The notes below the pieces were generated by a model, which had not been told where the DNA came from, made no database searches, and was given only the letters and a program-made list of their open reading frames with translations. The translations under genes were made by a program, and so were the position numbers. From Sphyrna mokarran (lineage: Eukaryota), in NCBI GenBank assembly GCA_024679065.1, contig JAGIQG010000008.1, positions 95,170,001 to 95,234,000 on the forward strand: a stretch of 64,000 nucleotides of DNA. The letters run 5' to 3'. Shown piece after piece: positions 37,293 through 51,378 of this stretch; within the stretch, counting starts at the first letter, position 1, and every line of letters begins with the position of its first letter.

Positions 37293-40200
37293 TCGATATT
37301 AGGTGTCAGTCAGGAATGGGAATCCAACCTGATATTACTCACTTCCCACTCGTGTAATACAGAGTATTGAGATTCATTGTGTTGGATCCACAACTTCTCC
37401 AGAAGAATTTCCACCTGTGAAATAGTGGAAGATGGGGACTATCAAATTGGTATCCCATTTTGCACCTCTACTGATTTTCACTAAATCAGGACTGATGTAA
37501 AATGGGCTGCTGTTTTGATATAGCTCAAAGTAAAAGTCATCCCCTCTGTTATTATGATGATTTCAGCACAGTTATCATCTATCACTGACTATCCAAGGTG
37601 TTAGAATGTACCAGCGACAACTTTGTATTGGATGTAATCTGACCAATGATAACAAGCCGTAGGGATCAGCTGACCCAGTAAACCATGGAACCAATTATAG
37701 AATGATGGTCAACTGACTGACTGACTCATTATTAATAAGAACTTGTTAGGAAACTTGGAGTGGTCCAGGGCAAGGTTCCAAGTTTGGAGTAATGCAGTTT
37801 CTTAATTAAATCCTTTCTTTGATTTATAAGTTGGGGTAAGTTTTGCAATTTTTTATTATCTGCATTTGAAGAGTTCCTTCTTAAGAAACATGAGTCAGTA
37901 ATGCGCAATAATTGTCAGACTATGAGATTAACACTTGTAATATTATCACTGAAGGTTTATCAAGGAATAATTAGCAATTGATTACTGTGAAATTTTAGCT
38001 GCAGCATTTATTACAATATGTTATAATCACATATCAGTTTAGGTGGGACACCCAATGAAATTACCATTTCAAGTCAGATTTGTGAAGCATTAACACACTG
38101 CTCTGTGTTTTTTGTTTGGGCTTCTGCTCCCCTCATGCAGCAAGTTAATAGCTTCAGCTATGTTAATGGACATAATACTGACTAAAGATAGATGGAAGAA
38201 TGAGGTGGATGAAAGATAAACAGCAAAAATCTCTGACCTTGTCTGTGGCTGGGACTCTCTGTGGCCACAGCAGTGAATGGAGTTCTGGCTGAGCGCCAAA
38301 TTCTCCAATCTCGCTGGCAGTGGGACAGGTACGGACAAGACTGGAAAATCCTGCCCAACGTATCTCAATGAATATAAGCCAAATTTCAGCACTTAAATAC
38401 CCAATAATAAGAAGCAATAACAGTGTTTAGAGAAATGACTAGCGGCCATTTTATTCACAGAGTATGGAGAGAAAAATAATGGAATTTTTAAAAATTAAAT
38501 GTCTTCATGAATCATGCTGGCAAAATTGAGAAAAAGCTGAGTTGGCTAAATGGTTAGAGTGTGGCACTGAGTGATGCCAACAGCATGGGTTCAATCCTTG
38601 CACTGGCTGTGGTAGTTCATGGAGGCCTGCCCCTTTGACTTGCCTATGCTCATGTGCACCTCAAAGTTTATGTAATCAATTGTCTCTCACCAATTGAGAG
38701 ATATGCTATGGTCATTTATGCACTATGGTAAATGCTAGTTTCATGTCAAAAATACCACACTTCTAATCATGAGACTCAAATATCTTTCTGTACTGTTTCT
38801 TCTAGACTGAATCTGCAGGGCACTCACTAGCAGTGCTGTAAAACTAATTAATGCATTTATCCTATAAATGTATTGAAAGATCCCACTGTACTCTTATTAT
38901 AGAAACCCTATTGTATTTGCCAGTGACAGTGTGGATTTTGTAACATCAAATAAGAGACAAAGAAAGAGGCTATTGTGCCTGAAGAGCAGTCCATGCAGGC
39001 ACTTATGTTCCACTCAAACTTCTTCCCAGTCTTCCACAGCAGTATAGTCCTCTATTCCCTTCTTTCTTGTATTCTTTTTTAACTCCCCTTTCAAGGCTTC
39101 AACCACCTCAAAATGGTAGCAAGTTCCACAATTATTCCACTCTTTGGTGAAGGGAGTTTTTTCTGAATTTCAACTGGATTTCCTGGTGACCATCTTATAC
39201 TGATCCCTCTAGTTTTGTTTTTCCCCACAAGTGGAAACGTTTCTCACTGACTGCTGTATCAAGACCTAACATAACTCATGGTGATCCCTATGAGGTCATC
39301 CCTCAGCCGTCTCCTACTAACCCATGTGCACACTTGTAGCACCAATACCCACGTTATTTGTAAATGCTGCACAAGATAAGACTGCTCAAATCACACTCAG
39401 GGGAAGAAGGATCAACCTGGGACAAATTTTATTTTGGAGCATTTTTGGTTGAGGCAGACTTTTAATTATTAACCTTAAACTATTGCCATGTTATGGAGGA
39501 ATTACAGCTTTAAAACATTAATCCCATTTTTCAACTACAAAGTACAGCAGACAACCACTTATGTTCGTTCTCCTACCTAATTAGCATGTAAGCACAACGA
39601 AGGAAAATTGAAGTTGACGAATACCATTTGTTGCCTCTTTAAAAAGTGCTGCAGTCTGTGCTGGTTAGAGTACATCTGTTACCATTTTGAGTTTTATAGA
39701 AACATTTTCTCTCTCAATGGATTAGCAGCGGTTCCTGTAAGCGGACCGTATCCCGATAATCTGGAAACTGTATTTTTATCAATAACTTGCCCTTTGCAAA
39801 TGCTTGTGGCCTGAGGATTAATAGCTAATTTATTCACAATAGTCTCTTTATTGGATTAAGTATAAAGACTGGTATCCGAATGTCGACTTTGGTTCAGCCA
39901 GATAGTGAACAGACTTAGCGCACAGGCATACTGTGTATAGCTGGTCTACTGGATCCTTTTGAATTGTCCTTTAATTGCATATTCGTACCAAACTTCTGGC
40001 CTATATTAGGCCTCTTGCTGGAAGCTTGCATCAATGGGATGGATGGGGGAAGGATTGCGGACCTGCTGCATTTCTTAAGGATCTGCAGCAGTCTTTTTCC
40101 AAGGGCTGGGTTTTTACCCAAACAAATTCTACTGCTCTTCCATGTTCAATCTATAAAATTGCAGCAGCTAGGAATATCAATTTCATTGGGTGCATCTGCA

Positions 40201-40312
40201 AGGCTAGGGAGAGAAACCAACAAAAGACTGTCTTGTTTAACAGTCCAAAGCGCTCCTCCCCATTGAAGAACAATTTAGCCTTCATGGGCTGATGCAGCAA
40301 AAAAGCTTTTTT

Positions 40313-40600
40313 TAAAGTTTATTTATTAGTGTCACAAGTAGGCTTTTATTAACTCTGTAATGAAGTTACTGTGAAAATCCCCTGGTCACCACACTCCGGC
40401 ATCTGTTCAGTTATACTGAGAGAGAATTGAGCAAGGCACCTAACAGCATGTCTTTTGGATTGTGAGAGGAAACCACAAATCTGGAGGTAACCCACACAGA
40501 TCCAGGGAGAAAATGTAGACTCCGCATAGACCCAAGGCCGAGAATCAAACTCAGGTCCCTGGTGCTGTGAGGCAGCCGTGCTAACTACTGCATCAATACC
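40313..40600 (-). mobile_element. HE1-like SINE, tail type A
   Basis: Match to the other copies. Confidence 0.85.
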
Positions 40601-41996
40601 CTGTGTGCAACACCCCACAGCACCTACAAACAGATAAGAATGCTAGTTTGTGAAAACTTATAAAACTACCAAGTTGTTAAACAAAATATGCATGCAACAA
40701 AGTAGTTCTCTCAAGCTGTTACATCTTGGCTGCAGCCTCATGTAAAGTGTTTGGATAACTTTGTTCATTCAGAGCTTAACATGCAATCCCATATTCCAGC
40801 ACAGTATACTTTCTAGCTGCAACAAACTTGTCACCCTTATATCTGTAAGGGTATACTCTGCAAGCAATCTGCCAGCAAACCCAAGTTACATGTTGCATGT
40901 TTGTCTCCTTGCAGACAAGTTGAGACGCAGGGTGAGCATTTAATGTTACAATTGTCAACCTTCTAACATCTCAACATTTCTTTTCCACTCTCAGGAAAAT
41001 ATAAGACATAACAGGAAGCAGGCACAAGAGAAAGGCTCAATAATTTCAAATCCTTTTGGCATCTTCAAAGAGACAATGTTGAAAGTTAAAGTGACTGTCA
41101 GATTGGAGAAAGTGGGGAGGGCTAATATTTGAGGTCCATCTTTGGTACACGTTAGTACGATTCATTTTCAGATTCTTTCTTCCCATTTTTACTAAATCCT
41201 TCCATTCAACACAGCACCGTGACACAATGCATTTCATTTAAGTACATTTGCTGTTGTTTTTAACTTATGTCCTTCATATCTCCACATGCTCCCATTTTCA
41301 CAAGAGGTGGCTTTAAGTTTTTACTAAACATAAAGTAAACTAGTAACTCAAACCACGCATTCAATTTGTGGCAATCACCTACGGTGATACAATCACGCCG
41401 TAAATCTAGAAAAGCAGCTTAAAGCAGAACCACGAATTGAAATACACAGCAGGAGTGAGGAGGAGAACGTGGGCCAATAAGCAGGAACCTACTGGCTGCA
41501 GGCCCAGTTTGTATTCTTCTACAGCTGCTGATCCTAGGAATCATGCTCTGATAGCAACTTAGTTATATATTCAAGTCTACATATGCAAAGGAACGTGAAC
41601 TATACATGGTCGTCTTCTCAGATGGTGAAGCGTGCCCTCGGACCAAAGTCACCTTTTCAAAATGCTGTGCATTGCATCATGAAGTACATGGCAATTACAC
41701 AGACAAATCAAGTTCAGTATTGGACCGAGACTAGTGGACATTTGGAGAGTCTCTCTTTTCACTTGGGGAACAGATTAAGAGGACCAGCAAGCAAGACTTC
41801 ACAAACCTCTTTGCTGGCCTCAAGCCATTAGATTAGAAAGCAGGCAGATCTACTAGTCACCAAAGCATTTTACATAGACAGAAGCAATTGCAGGGCACTC
41901 TCATGACCAAGCACAGGAAGGTATACAACAATTTTATTACAATAGGGTCTCAGTAACCTCAAAAGCCAATCTCAGTTACTCTGCTTATTGGAAAGG

Positions 41997-42150
41997 ATGA
42001 TGTGGAGCTGTTGGCATTGGACTGGGGTAAACACAGCAAGACGTCTCACAACATCAGGGAAAGTCCAACAGGTTTATCTGGTAGCAAACCTAGTGGCTTT
42101 TGCTACAAATAAACCTGTTGGACTTTAATCTGATGTTGTGAGGCTTCTTA
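41997..42150. mobile_element. Palindromic Penelope-like remnant (hammerhead core deleted)
   Basis: Inverted arms ~42035-42088 / ~42101-42150; same family as 3438. Confidence 0.7.
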
Positions 42151-43669
42151 CATTGGAAAGGACAGATGGATCTGATCTACAGCAGCAAAGAGATATCCAC
42201 AGATCACAGTCAATCCACATTAATTTGCATCTATCATTTTTTCAGTCTAGTTATCCTCCCTGCATTTATTTACAATCTAATTCACTTGTTGCATATAAAC
42301 TTTATTTTCAGAAAGTATTCAATCATGTTCTTTATGCCCAAGCCCAGGTCACCTATATAAATTGGAAATGGTGTTTCCTGCATTGTAGTCTGGGATATAA
42401 CGCTTCCAAACTTTCACCTAACTGAGACTTAGCCATTTAACCTCTTTGTTTCCATCACTTAACTTTCTATTCACGTTGCTGCGTTCTGTCTAATACCATA
42501 TGACAGAACTTTACAATAATCCCTTTTGAAACCTTTTGTCAAACATTACATCTATTCCCTTTACCTACACATTAATCACTTTGCCAAGAAAAAGACTCTT
42601 ACCAAATTTGACAAATATAACTTTTTTTTAACAAATGCAGGCTGTCTGCGATTAACCCATGAATTCCAAATGTTCTCCAACTTAACCTTGAATTAAAGTT
42701 GCTCACACAGAAAATTTTAAACTTTTAATTCCCTGAATTTTAAACAAAGTAAAACAACTTCACTGCATTTTCTTCTTATTTTGAGATCTTAGCATAGTAA
42801 TTGAATTCAACACAATTTTAATGAATGAATTAACCTAATTAAAAAAAAAGGTTCTGTGTCTTTATTAAAACAGTGAACAGAGGATTTTCACCTGAACACA
42901 TTAATCAATTTGTTAAATATAGCACACAGTGGAATTTCTATCGCCAAAAACACTAAACAGAATAAAAACCTCATTCATTTAGTGCGTATAATCAAATGAA
43001 AATGTTTGTGCTGATTGAATGCTATTTATAATTTTCTGCAGCATCCCAGTAGTTATGAATAGTGTGCGGCTCTAACCGCGACTTTAATTTCTAATCATAA
43101 ACAAATGTATTGAACATTACTGTTTCCCTGATTCTTCCTACTGAGGATTGGTGCATGGAGCCACATTTCTAAATTGAATCCTGCAGTGCATTCTTTAGCA
43201 ATAATCATCACTGTTAAACATCAGGCATCGCAGAGAAGGAAGAAATTAAATCTCAGAAAGGATACGCAATTGATTTTGTTTTAGGTTATGAGAGAGACCA
43301 GCCAGTTAAAAATCACTAAAATGTGAGACTCCAAGATTGTTCAGTCATTGCACTCCACAACCACACAAGCTCCAAACAAGAAGTCTAATCCAAGCCAGAG
43401 ATTTGAAAATTAAGACCACTTCCAGAAATCCTGTGGTCCAGCTATGCACAGTGTGCAAATGTGTTAAGTCATTGCTATCTGCATCCTTACTAATTAGATG
43501 AATGCAGCCTGCTGGAAAGCTCGGCTTCTGCATGTTAGAAATATCCCTCTGTCAGGTTCCAGCACCTCTAGGCTGTATTGCTCAGGAGAATTCCAGTGCA
43601 AAGTATTAAAAGACCATATCTTATGTAGTGTATTCTATGCACCACAGGATTGATGTGGAGAAAGGTGAA

Positions 43670-44835
43670 AGAAAGACAACTCAGGACGCTAAGGAAATTT
43701 GGCATGCCTGCTACAACTCTCACCAGATTTTACAGATGCAACATAGAAAGCAATCTTTCAAGTTGTGTCAAGCTTGGTATGGCTCCTGCTCTCTCCTAGA
43801 CTGCACTAAACTACAAAGGGTCATGAACGAAGTCCAATCCATCACTCAAACCAGCCTCCCACCCGTTGACATTGTCTACAGTAGGGGGATTGAATTTCGG
43901 AGCCGCAACATCATGTTGCAACTATACAAAACTCTAGTGCGGCCGCACTTGGAGTATCATGTGCAGTTCTGGTCCCCACATTATAAGAAAGATGTGGAGG
44001 CATTGGAGAGGGTACAGAGGAGGTTTACCAGGATGTTGCCTGGTATGGAGGGCAGGTCTTATGAGGATAGGCTGAGGGATTTGAGGTTGTTTTCGTTAGA
44101 AAGGAGGCGGCTAAGAGGGGACCTTATCGGAACATATAAGATGATTAGAGGTTTAGATAGGGTGGACAGTGATAGCCTTTTTCCTAGGATGGAGAAAGCT
44201 AGCACGAGGGGACACAGCTTTAAATTAAGGGGTGATAGTTATAGGACGGATATCAGAGGTAGGTTCTTTACCCAGAGGGTGGTTAGGGAGTGGAATGCCC
44301 TACCTGCGGCAGTTGTAGATGCGCCAAGTTTGGTGGCGTTTAAGAGGTTAGTTGATAAGTTTATGGAAGAGAAGGGAATGGTTTAGTTTGGAGGGTCATT
44401 GCTTTTTTCATAATTGGTCGGCGCAACATCGAAGGCCGAAGGGCCTGTTCTGCGCTGTAATGTTCTATGTTCTATGTTCTACATTTCCCACTGCCTCAGA
44501 AAAGCAGCCAGCATAACTAAGGACCCCATGTACCACAGACATACTCTCTACTACCTTCTTCCATCCAGAAAAAAATGCAAAAGCTGAGGGTCATGTACCA
44601 ACTGACTCAAGAACAGCTGCTTCCCTGCTGCCATTAGATTTTTGAATGGACCTACTTTGTACTAAGTTGATCTTTCTCTACACCATAGTTATGACTGTAA
44701 CACTACACTCTGCACCCTCTCCTTTCCTTCTCCCCTCTGTACACTATGAACAGTATGCTCTGTTTGTATTACACAAGAAATGATCCTTTTCATTGCATAC
44801 CAATACATGTGACAATAAGAAATCAAATCAAATTG
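43670..44835 (+). mobile_element. Rex1/Babar-like LINE 3' fragment (host), split by a CR1 insertion
   Basis: Peptide remnants LRKFGM..TLTRFYRC.IES..AWYGSCS..KLQRV..CLRKA..KDP. Collinear with the uninterrupted copy at 45645-46235. Confidence 0.75.
43881..44477 (+). mobile_element. Young 5'-truncated CR1 (HER1-like) LINE with an intact ORF2 C-terminus
   Basis: Open frame LYKTLVRPHLEY..QFWSP..LERVQRRFTRM..WNALP to 44386, (TTCTATG)n tail, and TCTACA duplicated at 43875-43880 and 44478-44483. Confidence 0.92.
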
Positions 44836-45644
44836 AATAACTGGTTCCCACAGGGATGTTCAATGTTAATGTAACCTTTAATTAGGACAAGGGGAAACAG
44901 AGTCAAATATAAGTGATAAAAAGTAAGTGAATACAGGCAAGATATTGATGCACAAGATGGAGACTATGTGGAATAATTATCCTGGAAATACGGGAAGAAG
45001 AGGATTTATAAATATCAAAAGGGAAGTTGATTAACCTTTGACAGCCATGGCTAATGAAGATTAAAGGTAAGAAAGTGATGAAAGAAGTTTGCAACCATCA
45101 ATACTGATTGTCTTTTGTCACCCCATACGTGATGTATTCCTACGGGCATTGTGATATATTGCAAAGCAGAGTAAGTTGTCCATGGGATGATGACATTCTC
45201 CCCTGAAGTTAGCATTAATAGCATTTGAGAGGGCTGATGGTTCCTAAATTAATAATATCAGATAAAGTGAGCGTTGGTAGGGCTGATGGGGTTTTCTTGT
45301 TCATCCTGTTACACATGGCTGGTTTAATGCAATTGCAAAAGAGGGAATTTCAAAACTGAACGCAATAAGGAGGCCTGTCCCAAATATTGATAAATAAGAG
45401 TACACGGAGATTTGATGAACGTCAAATGTAGCTTCTGTGGAACTGTGCTGAAAAGGAATGGAGAGCAATCTAGGGTGGTCTCCTTTTCTTCAATGATATT
45501 GAAATTCCAGTGCAGTTTAACATCCTAAGATTTGAGACATTTCTAAACAGCTTTCTTCCATGATTCAGGAATTTTAAGGCATGCCAAGTGAGGACTTCCT
45601 TCAACCCACATGGGCATCCCAGGAATAAGTTATAAAATTTTCAT

Positions 45645-46235
45645 TTCATTTATTATTGTCATATGTATTAACAGACAGTGAAAAGTGTTGTTTCTTATCT
45701 GCTATACAGACAAAACACACTGTTTGTAGAGAAGGAAACAAGAAAGTGCAGAATGTAGTGTCACAGTCATAGCTAGAGTGTAGAGAAAGATCAACTTAAT
45801 GCAAGTTAAGTTCATTCAAAAGTCTGAAAGCAGCAGGGAACAAGCTGTTCTTGAGTTGGTTAGTATGTGACCTTAGACTTTTGTATCTTTTTCCCAAAGG
45901 AAGAAGGTCGAAGGGAGAATATCCGGGGTGCATTGGATCCTTAATTATATTGGTTGCTTTGCTGAGGCAGTCAGAAGTGTACACGTGTTCATGGTTGGGA
46001 GGCTGCTTCGTGTGATGGATTGGGCTACATTCATGATCTTTTGTAGTTCTTTGCCATCTTGGGCACATCAGGAGCCATACTAAGCTGTGAAACAACGAGA
46101 AGGAATGCTTTCTATTGTCCATTTGTAAAAGTTGGTGAGAGTCATAGCTGACATGCTGAATTTTTTTCATCTTCTGAGAAAGTAGAGGCATTGGTAGGCT
46201 TTCTTAACTATAGCATTGGCATGGGGGACCAAGAC
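45645..46235 (-). mobile_element. Rex1/Babar-like LINE 3' fragment
   Basis: ORF 45796-46191 ends in IIKDPMHPG..LLPLGKRYKS..LKNSLFPAAFRLLN. Confidence 0.8.
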
Positions 46236-49200
46236 AGGACAATAGATTGATGTGAGAAGGAAGAAATAGTTACAGAGAAGGAAGATTTCAACACAACGTC
46301 CTCACAGTTTAATGGCATGATAGTTGACGTTTTGAAGTAAACATGCATTTATTTCTGTTGACATTAACTGGGGAAAATCTGCTCCTGGTATGTGAAATAT
46401 TTACTAGCACTTCATTTTAATTTAAATAAATATATATTTAATTGTGTTTTTGTCTAACTCTGATCACATAGTTGAAAGCAATTAGGGGAAATAGATCAAG
46501 TGCGCACATGACCAGTGTGATTCAACTACTCTGCCGTTGACCCATGACTCCAATAGGTTATGTTGGTGAAGTGGAAATGTTTTCACATTGTCACTGATCC
46601 TGCACTTGTGTCCAATGCAGGTAATGAAATAATAAGGCATTACGAAATGTTGTGCTCAAGAGTTAAAAGTCAATGATGAAAGCGACAATTAATGCGGTGC
46701 TTCAAAAAATCATTTAGATTTTGTGCCCGTTTAATAAGACCTTGCATTGAATTAATTATTGGTGCTCAAGTAGGGATAGGTAGGTTTCTTTTGCATTGTG
46801 TGACCAGGAATTTGCACTTTCCTTCTCATGTCAACACCTCCTTCAAAATCAACAATTAACCTCTCTGTAAAGAATTCCCCATTGATTGTTTTAAGCTGTT
46901 CTTCAACCCACGGAGGGTATTCTGAGAACTCTGTAACATGCAAAAGCAAGTTCCACCAGAGCCGTTGGAAAACAGATTTACCAATTTGTGATATGAAACT
47001 GAAGTTTGCATTTCCACACCGCGTCATTGCAGAAATTATGCTTGGAGCATATCTTGTGAGTTGCAAATTACATACAAAGAGACAGAAGTTCCATCAGTAT
47101 TCGGTGTAAGTGCAGTGTTTGTGGCAGAGAATAAATGCAATTGCTTTAGTTCTCTCAGTGTTCAGCTGGAGAGAATTGTGCTGGGCAGTCCCAATGCAGT
47201 GGAGGAGTTCTGGGTGAGGTGCTGGAGGGAATAAGTGGGAGTGGTGGAGAATTAAATGTGGCCAAAAGGGCAAAACAAATATGATCTTATGAATGTTGGT
47301 CTCTATGTTTGCAGACCCTACAGGTAGAATTCTCCCAACCCGCCCACAATGGATTTGGTGGCAGGTGGGTGTGCAGAATTTTGCAAGAGCCAAAAAATTG
47401 GAAGCCTGCCGGTGTAAAATTATATTGCAATTCTCCGAGTGGTGGGTAAATAGCAGATTGTTCTGCCCTATAATAGATGACACGAATGCCATTTGTATGT
47501 CAGGAATGCTCATTAAAACCATCACCTGCCAATGCCCAGTCAAACCTCCCAACTTCATATCACCAGCAGAAAATCACATCAGCATCAAACCCAATTGCTA
47601 AGCAGTGATGTTCATAAGGTGGTCTTCAGATTGCCAGAGACCTTGAAGTGTGCGCGACAAAGCCTTTCTGCCACAGTGCTATGTGCTCCTGGTGCACTGT
47701 ACACCACTCTGCCGGAACTGACTGGGTCCTGTCCTCCATCTCCATACTGAGCTGGTCGTCATGGAAAGCATCGTGCTGCTGAACCTATGGGCTCTCCTGT
47801 GTCATGGTCTGTGTTCAATATTGTGCCCGGGGTTCATGAGTACAGAGGTCTTGTTTCCCCTGCCTTGTGCCTGATGAGGATAAGGAGACAATGTGGATTG
47901 AGGGCTCTGAAACCAAGAGATTTAGGGTGAGGGCTTACAATGACAGGCAGAGAGGCAAGGAAGTGGATGAAGGTGGCAAACAATGGAAGGCAGAGGGAGG
48001 ACAGAAGGGAGGGAAGCTGGATCCTGATGAGGCTGCCTGAAAAACTCTCAAACAAAGGGGCCAAAGAGACACCAAATTGTTTATTGGAAGGGGATGGATG
48101 GAGAATCTAGAGGTGTTGGATAGAGGGCCAAGTGGGTCACGGACACCTCGCAAGTGACAGTGCTCAGAGAAAACATGATTGGAATGACGAGCAAACTTTT
48201 TGTGAGGCTGCTAGCCTTTTCTCTCTAGGTTTCTGACATCTAGCAATGGTCTGGTGAAACCCGACCATTTCACCAGAAACGGTGGTGAAATTTCTGGTGA
48301 ATTTTCACCAGATTCACCAGTGGGCTGGTGAGGAATGATTTAAGTTTACTAGACTGGTATTTAAATATGGTGCTGGGACCTTTGAATCCACCAGCCAAGG
48401 ATGAGCGGAGAAATCAGCTGTTGGCCTGAGAGTTGGGGATGAACTCGCCTGCACATACTGAATAAGGTTCCAAATCTGGTGCAGGATCCAGTAATATTGC
48501 ATTGCACTTGGTCTCAAAATAACATAATCCTGCTCCATGATTCTATGATGATGCCAAGAAGAAGCCGATGGCTAAAGAAAGGGGGACCAAGGATAAATTC
48601 TTAGAGGACCTAGTGTGGGTATTGGAAGAAAAAGCACATGACAGTGGTACTTTGGCCATGATTGGATACAATTAAGAGTAAAACCAAGCAAGGGCAGTCA
48701 CGTTGGACAACAAGAGATTCATTGGAGTTGGAAAGGTGTGATGAAAACTGCAGAGAGTTCAAAAAGGGATAAAAAGGGACAATGCACAGAGAATTCCATT
48801 TTGATTATGACTATTTCAGTGTTATGAAAGGGGAAACAATCCAATTGGAGGTTCAAATAGGAGAAAACAGGCCCGAATTTGGTAAGTGATGAGACCTTCA
48901 TGGATTCTGGTTTCAGCCGAAAGGCACATTTTTTCAAAAGTTGTCAGAAATGTTAGTTTTTTCTGGAAGGGGGTTGTGTTAGGATTGGTTCCCTCTGTCA
49001 GCCTAATGCAAGTTCATTTGAGCCTCAGAAGAAGTTAGACAGCATGGATGAGCTTAGGTGAGCCAGATTACTCCTTGATGAAATGGCAGCATACAGCCTT
49101 AAATCTAAGGCTCCATGTTTCTCCTTAGAGGGAATTTTGCCCATCTCTTGCACAGAGCAGAGACCTGAAAAACTTGCCATGCTATGAATTTCACTGCCTA

Positions 49201-51149
49201 CTTTTATCCCCTTTCCCAAGGAATTGCCGACATGGAAAACATGCGTTAGATACTAAACACAGCCAATGGTGGAGAAAAAAATAGGAAAGTTATTCCTCAG
49301 TTTTCCCACTGACTTCCATTGTTTGCCTTCTTCAGCTATCTCCTTGTCCCTCTGTCTGCCACTGTGAACCCTCGCCTGAAATCTCCATCCCGCCACTACT
49401 TGCACAGCTCTTATTCCACTTTGTTCCCTTTGTCTTCATCAGGCACGAGAGGGAAAAGAGATCCCAATACTCCTGAACCCCAGGCACAGTATTCTATGGA
49501 ATCCATGGCATAGGAGATCCAGCAACATGTTGTCCATGAAGACCAGCGCAGCATGGAGATGGAGGGCAGGAACTGGTCTGCCCCAGCAGGCAAGAACAGT
49601 GCAGCAACATGCCAGAAGTTGTGAATGTATAACAAGGGTAGACAGGCTCAAACAATCCAGTAGCAAATTTAGGCTGTGATCAGGAAATTCTTCATGCAAA
49701 GAATGGTCAACGCATGGAATGGGCTCCTCAATAGAGCACTTGCAATTATACACTAACTTGTACAAAAGCAAAGGCGATGATGATCAAATAATTGGGTGGA
49801 ATTAAAAGGACGAAATGCAAGACCACGTTTCAACTACATGTTTAAGGAAATTAATGATTTTTTTTAAATGGCTCTCTGCCAACTGGCTCATTTTGCTTTC
49901 CTGAATCGCTCTACCATATGGTGATCTAAGGGGTTATGTAACATAGTAAATGGTATGGAAAAATAAATCTGGAAAATTAGTTCAAACTAAATTGCGAATA
50001 TATGTCAAGGTGTCACAGGCTCAAACGATTCAGTAGCAAATTTAGGGATGAGATCAGGAAATTCTTCACATAAGGAATAATCTGTACATGGAATGGACCT
50101 TGGATAGAGCATGAGGATGAAATTCCTGCAGTCATTTCAGAATCGATTGGATGCCCCAATAAAGAAGTGTCAGCATCTTGTTGGACAGGTGAAAGAGATG
50201 GACTTAATTGCCTTTCTCCTCTCATTATTATCGAGATCTTGTTAAAATAGACAGATGAAAGGTTACTCAGTTGATTAAAGCAATGGATGGTACAAGGAAT
50301 AATGATTCACTCAAATGTCTAGAAATTCATTCAGGCGGCTTTTAATGTGATAAAATAGTGCAGGGAAAAAAAAACTTTGTAGCCAAAGATTACAGTTTGA
50401 GGACCACAAGGACTACCTTGGGCTTCATCTAAATATTTAGTATGATCTGCTAACTCCTGGTGTACTTCAGAAAAGTCCCTAAGTGGAGGGAGTTACATGT
50501 TGGTGGCTGAGGGTGGGGGAAGCAGGGATAGAGGAGAGAAAGAAGGTGATTGTGGTCTGGAGAAAGACTGTAGAGCCAGGAAACATGTTTTTGCGCTGTT
50601 AATTGGGAGATAAGTATTAGCAATGACACTTGGGGAATAACTCCCCTGGCTTTCCTCAAAGTCCTCATGGACCCTTTACCTAATTGATGGCACTTGTGTA
50701 TGTGTAGCCCTGTTTGCTTCAATCTATGCAAAGACTTCATTTTAAGACATTTCTGCCAATGCACAGTTACATTTAAATGCGAGATATAGGAGTTAACTAA
50801 CTCTGCTAAGCTTAACAATTGCTTGACCACATGTAAAATCTGAAGGTATGCTGGGTTAGCTAAAAATTGACTGCATTCCTGAAGGGTACCCAATGCAGGA
50901 AACAGCAGCACAACAGCAGCTGCACGGATTGTTTTTCTAAATGCAGACAGCCTGCAAGAAATACTTCCAATAACGAGATAAGGGTTGAAACATAGTTTGG
51001 AATTGAGAATATTTCAGTGCAGTGCATTCAAATTCAGCAGACATTCTTAGCTTAGAGAGCCTGGCTGAGAAGCCAATCTCCAAGTTTGCCTTTCTCATGC
51101 TTCTGTCTTGTTATTTTTTTTCAAGTTCTTTCAATAAAAGCAAACCATT

Positions 51150-51378
51150 TTAAAACTCATACTAATGCAGTCCTCCCAGTTTCTTCAAAGGAATGAATGG
51201 ACCCAACACTAAGGGTACATGAGCCCTTGGTTTAACATCTCATCTGACAGATGGCACCTCCAATACTGTGGTATTTCCTCAGTTGCAGTGGAGTGCCAGC
51301 CTTGATTTTTGCGGGATTCAGACCCACAACATTTTGACTCAGAGATGTGAGAGCAGAGCCAATTACGTCACGGCTGAC
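51150..51378 (-). mobile_element. DeuSINE (SacSINE1-like) fragment
   Basis: ggtttaacatctcatctgacagatggcacctcc...gactcagag resembles the recalled Deu domain plus tRNA head in reverse. Confidence 0.6.

Noticed and set aside
43628-44386. 252-aa ORF as a host gene
   Set aside because: Chimera of two LINE fragments, with no promoter or splice evidence.
47600-48150. Possible Harbinger transposase remnant next to a MITE-like end
   Set aside because: Could not recover convincing DDE motifs by eye.
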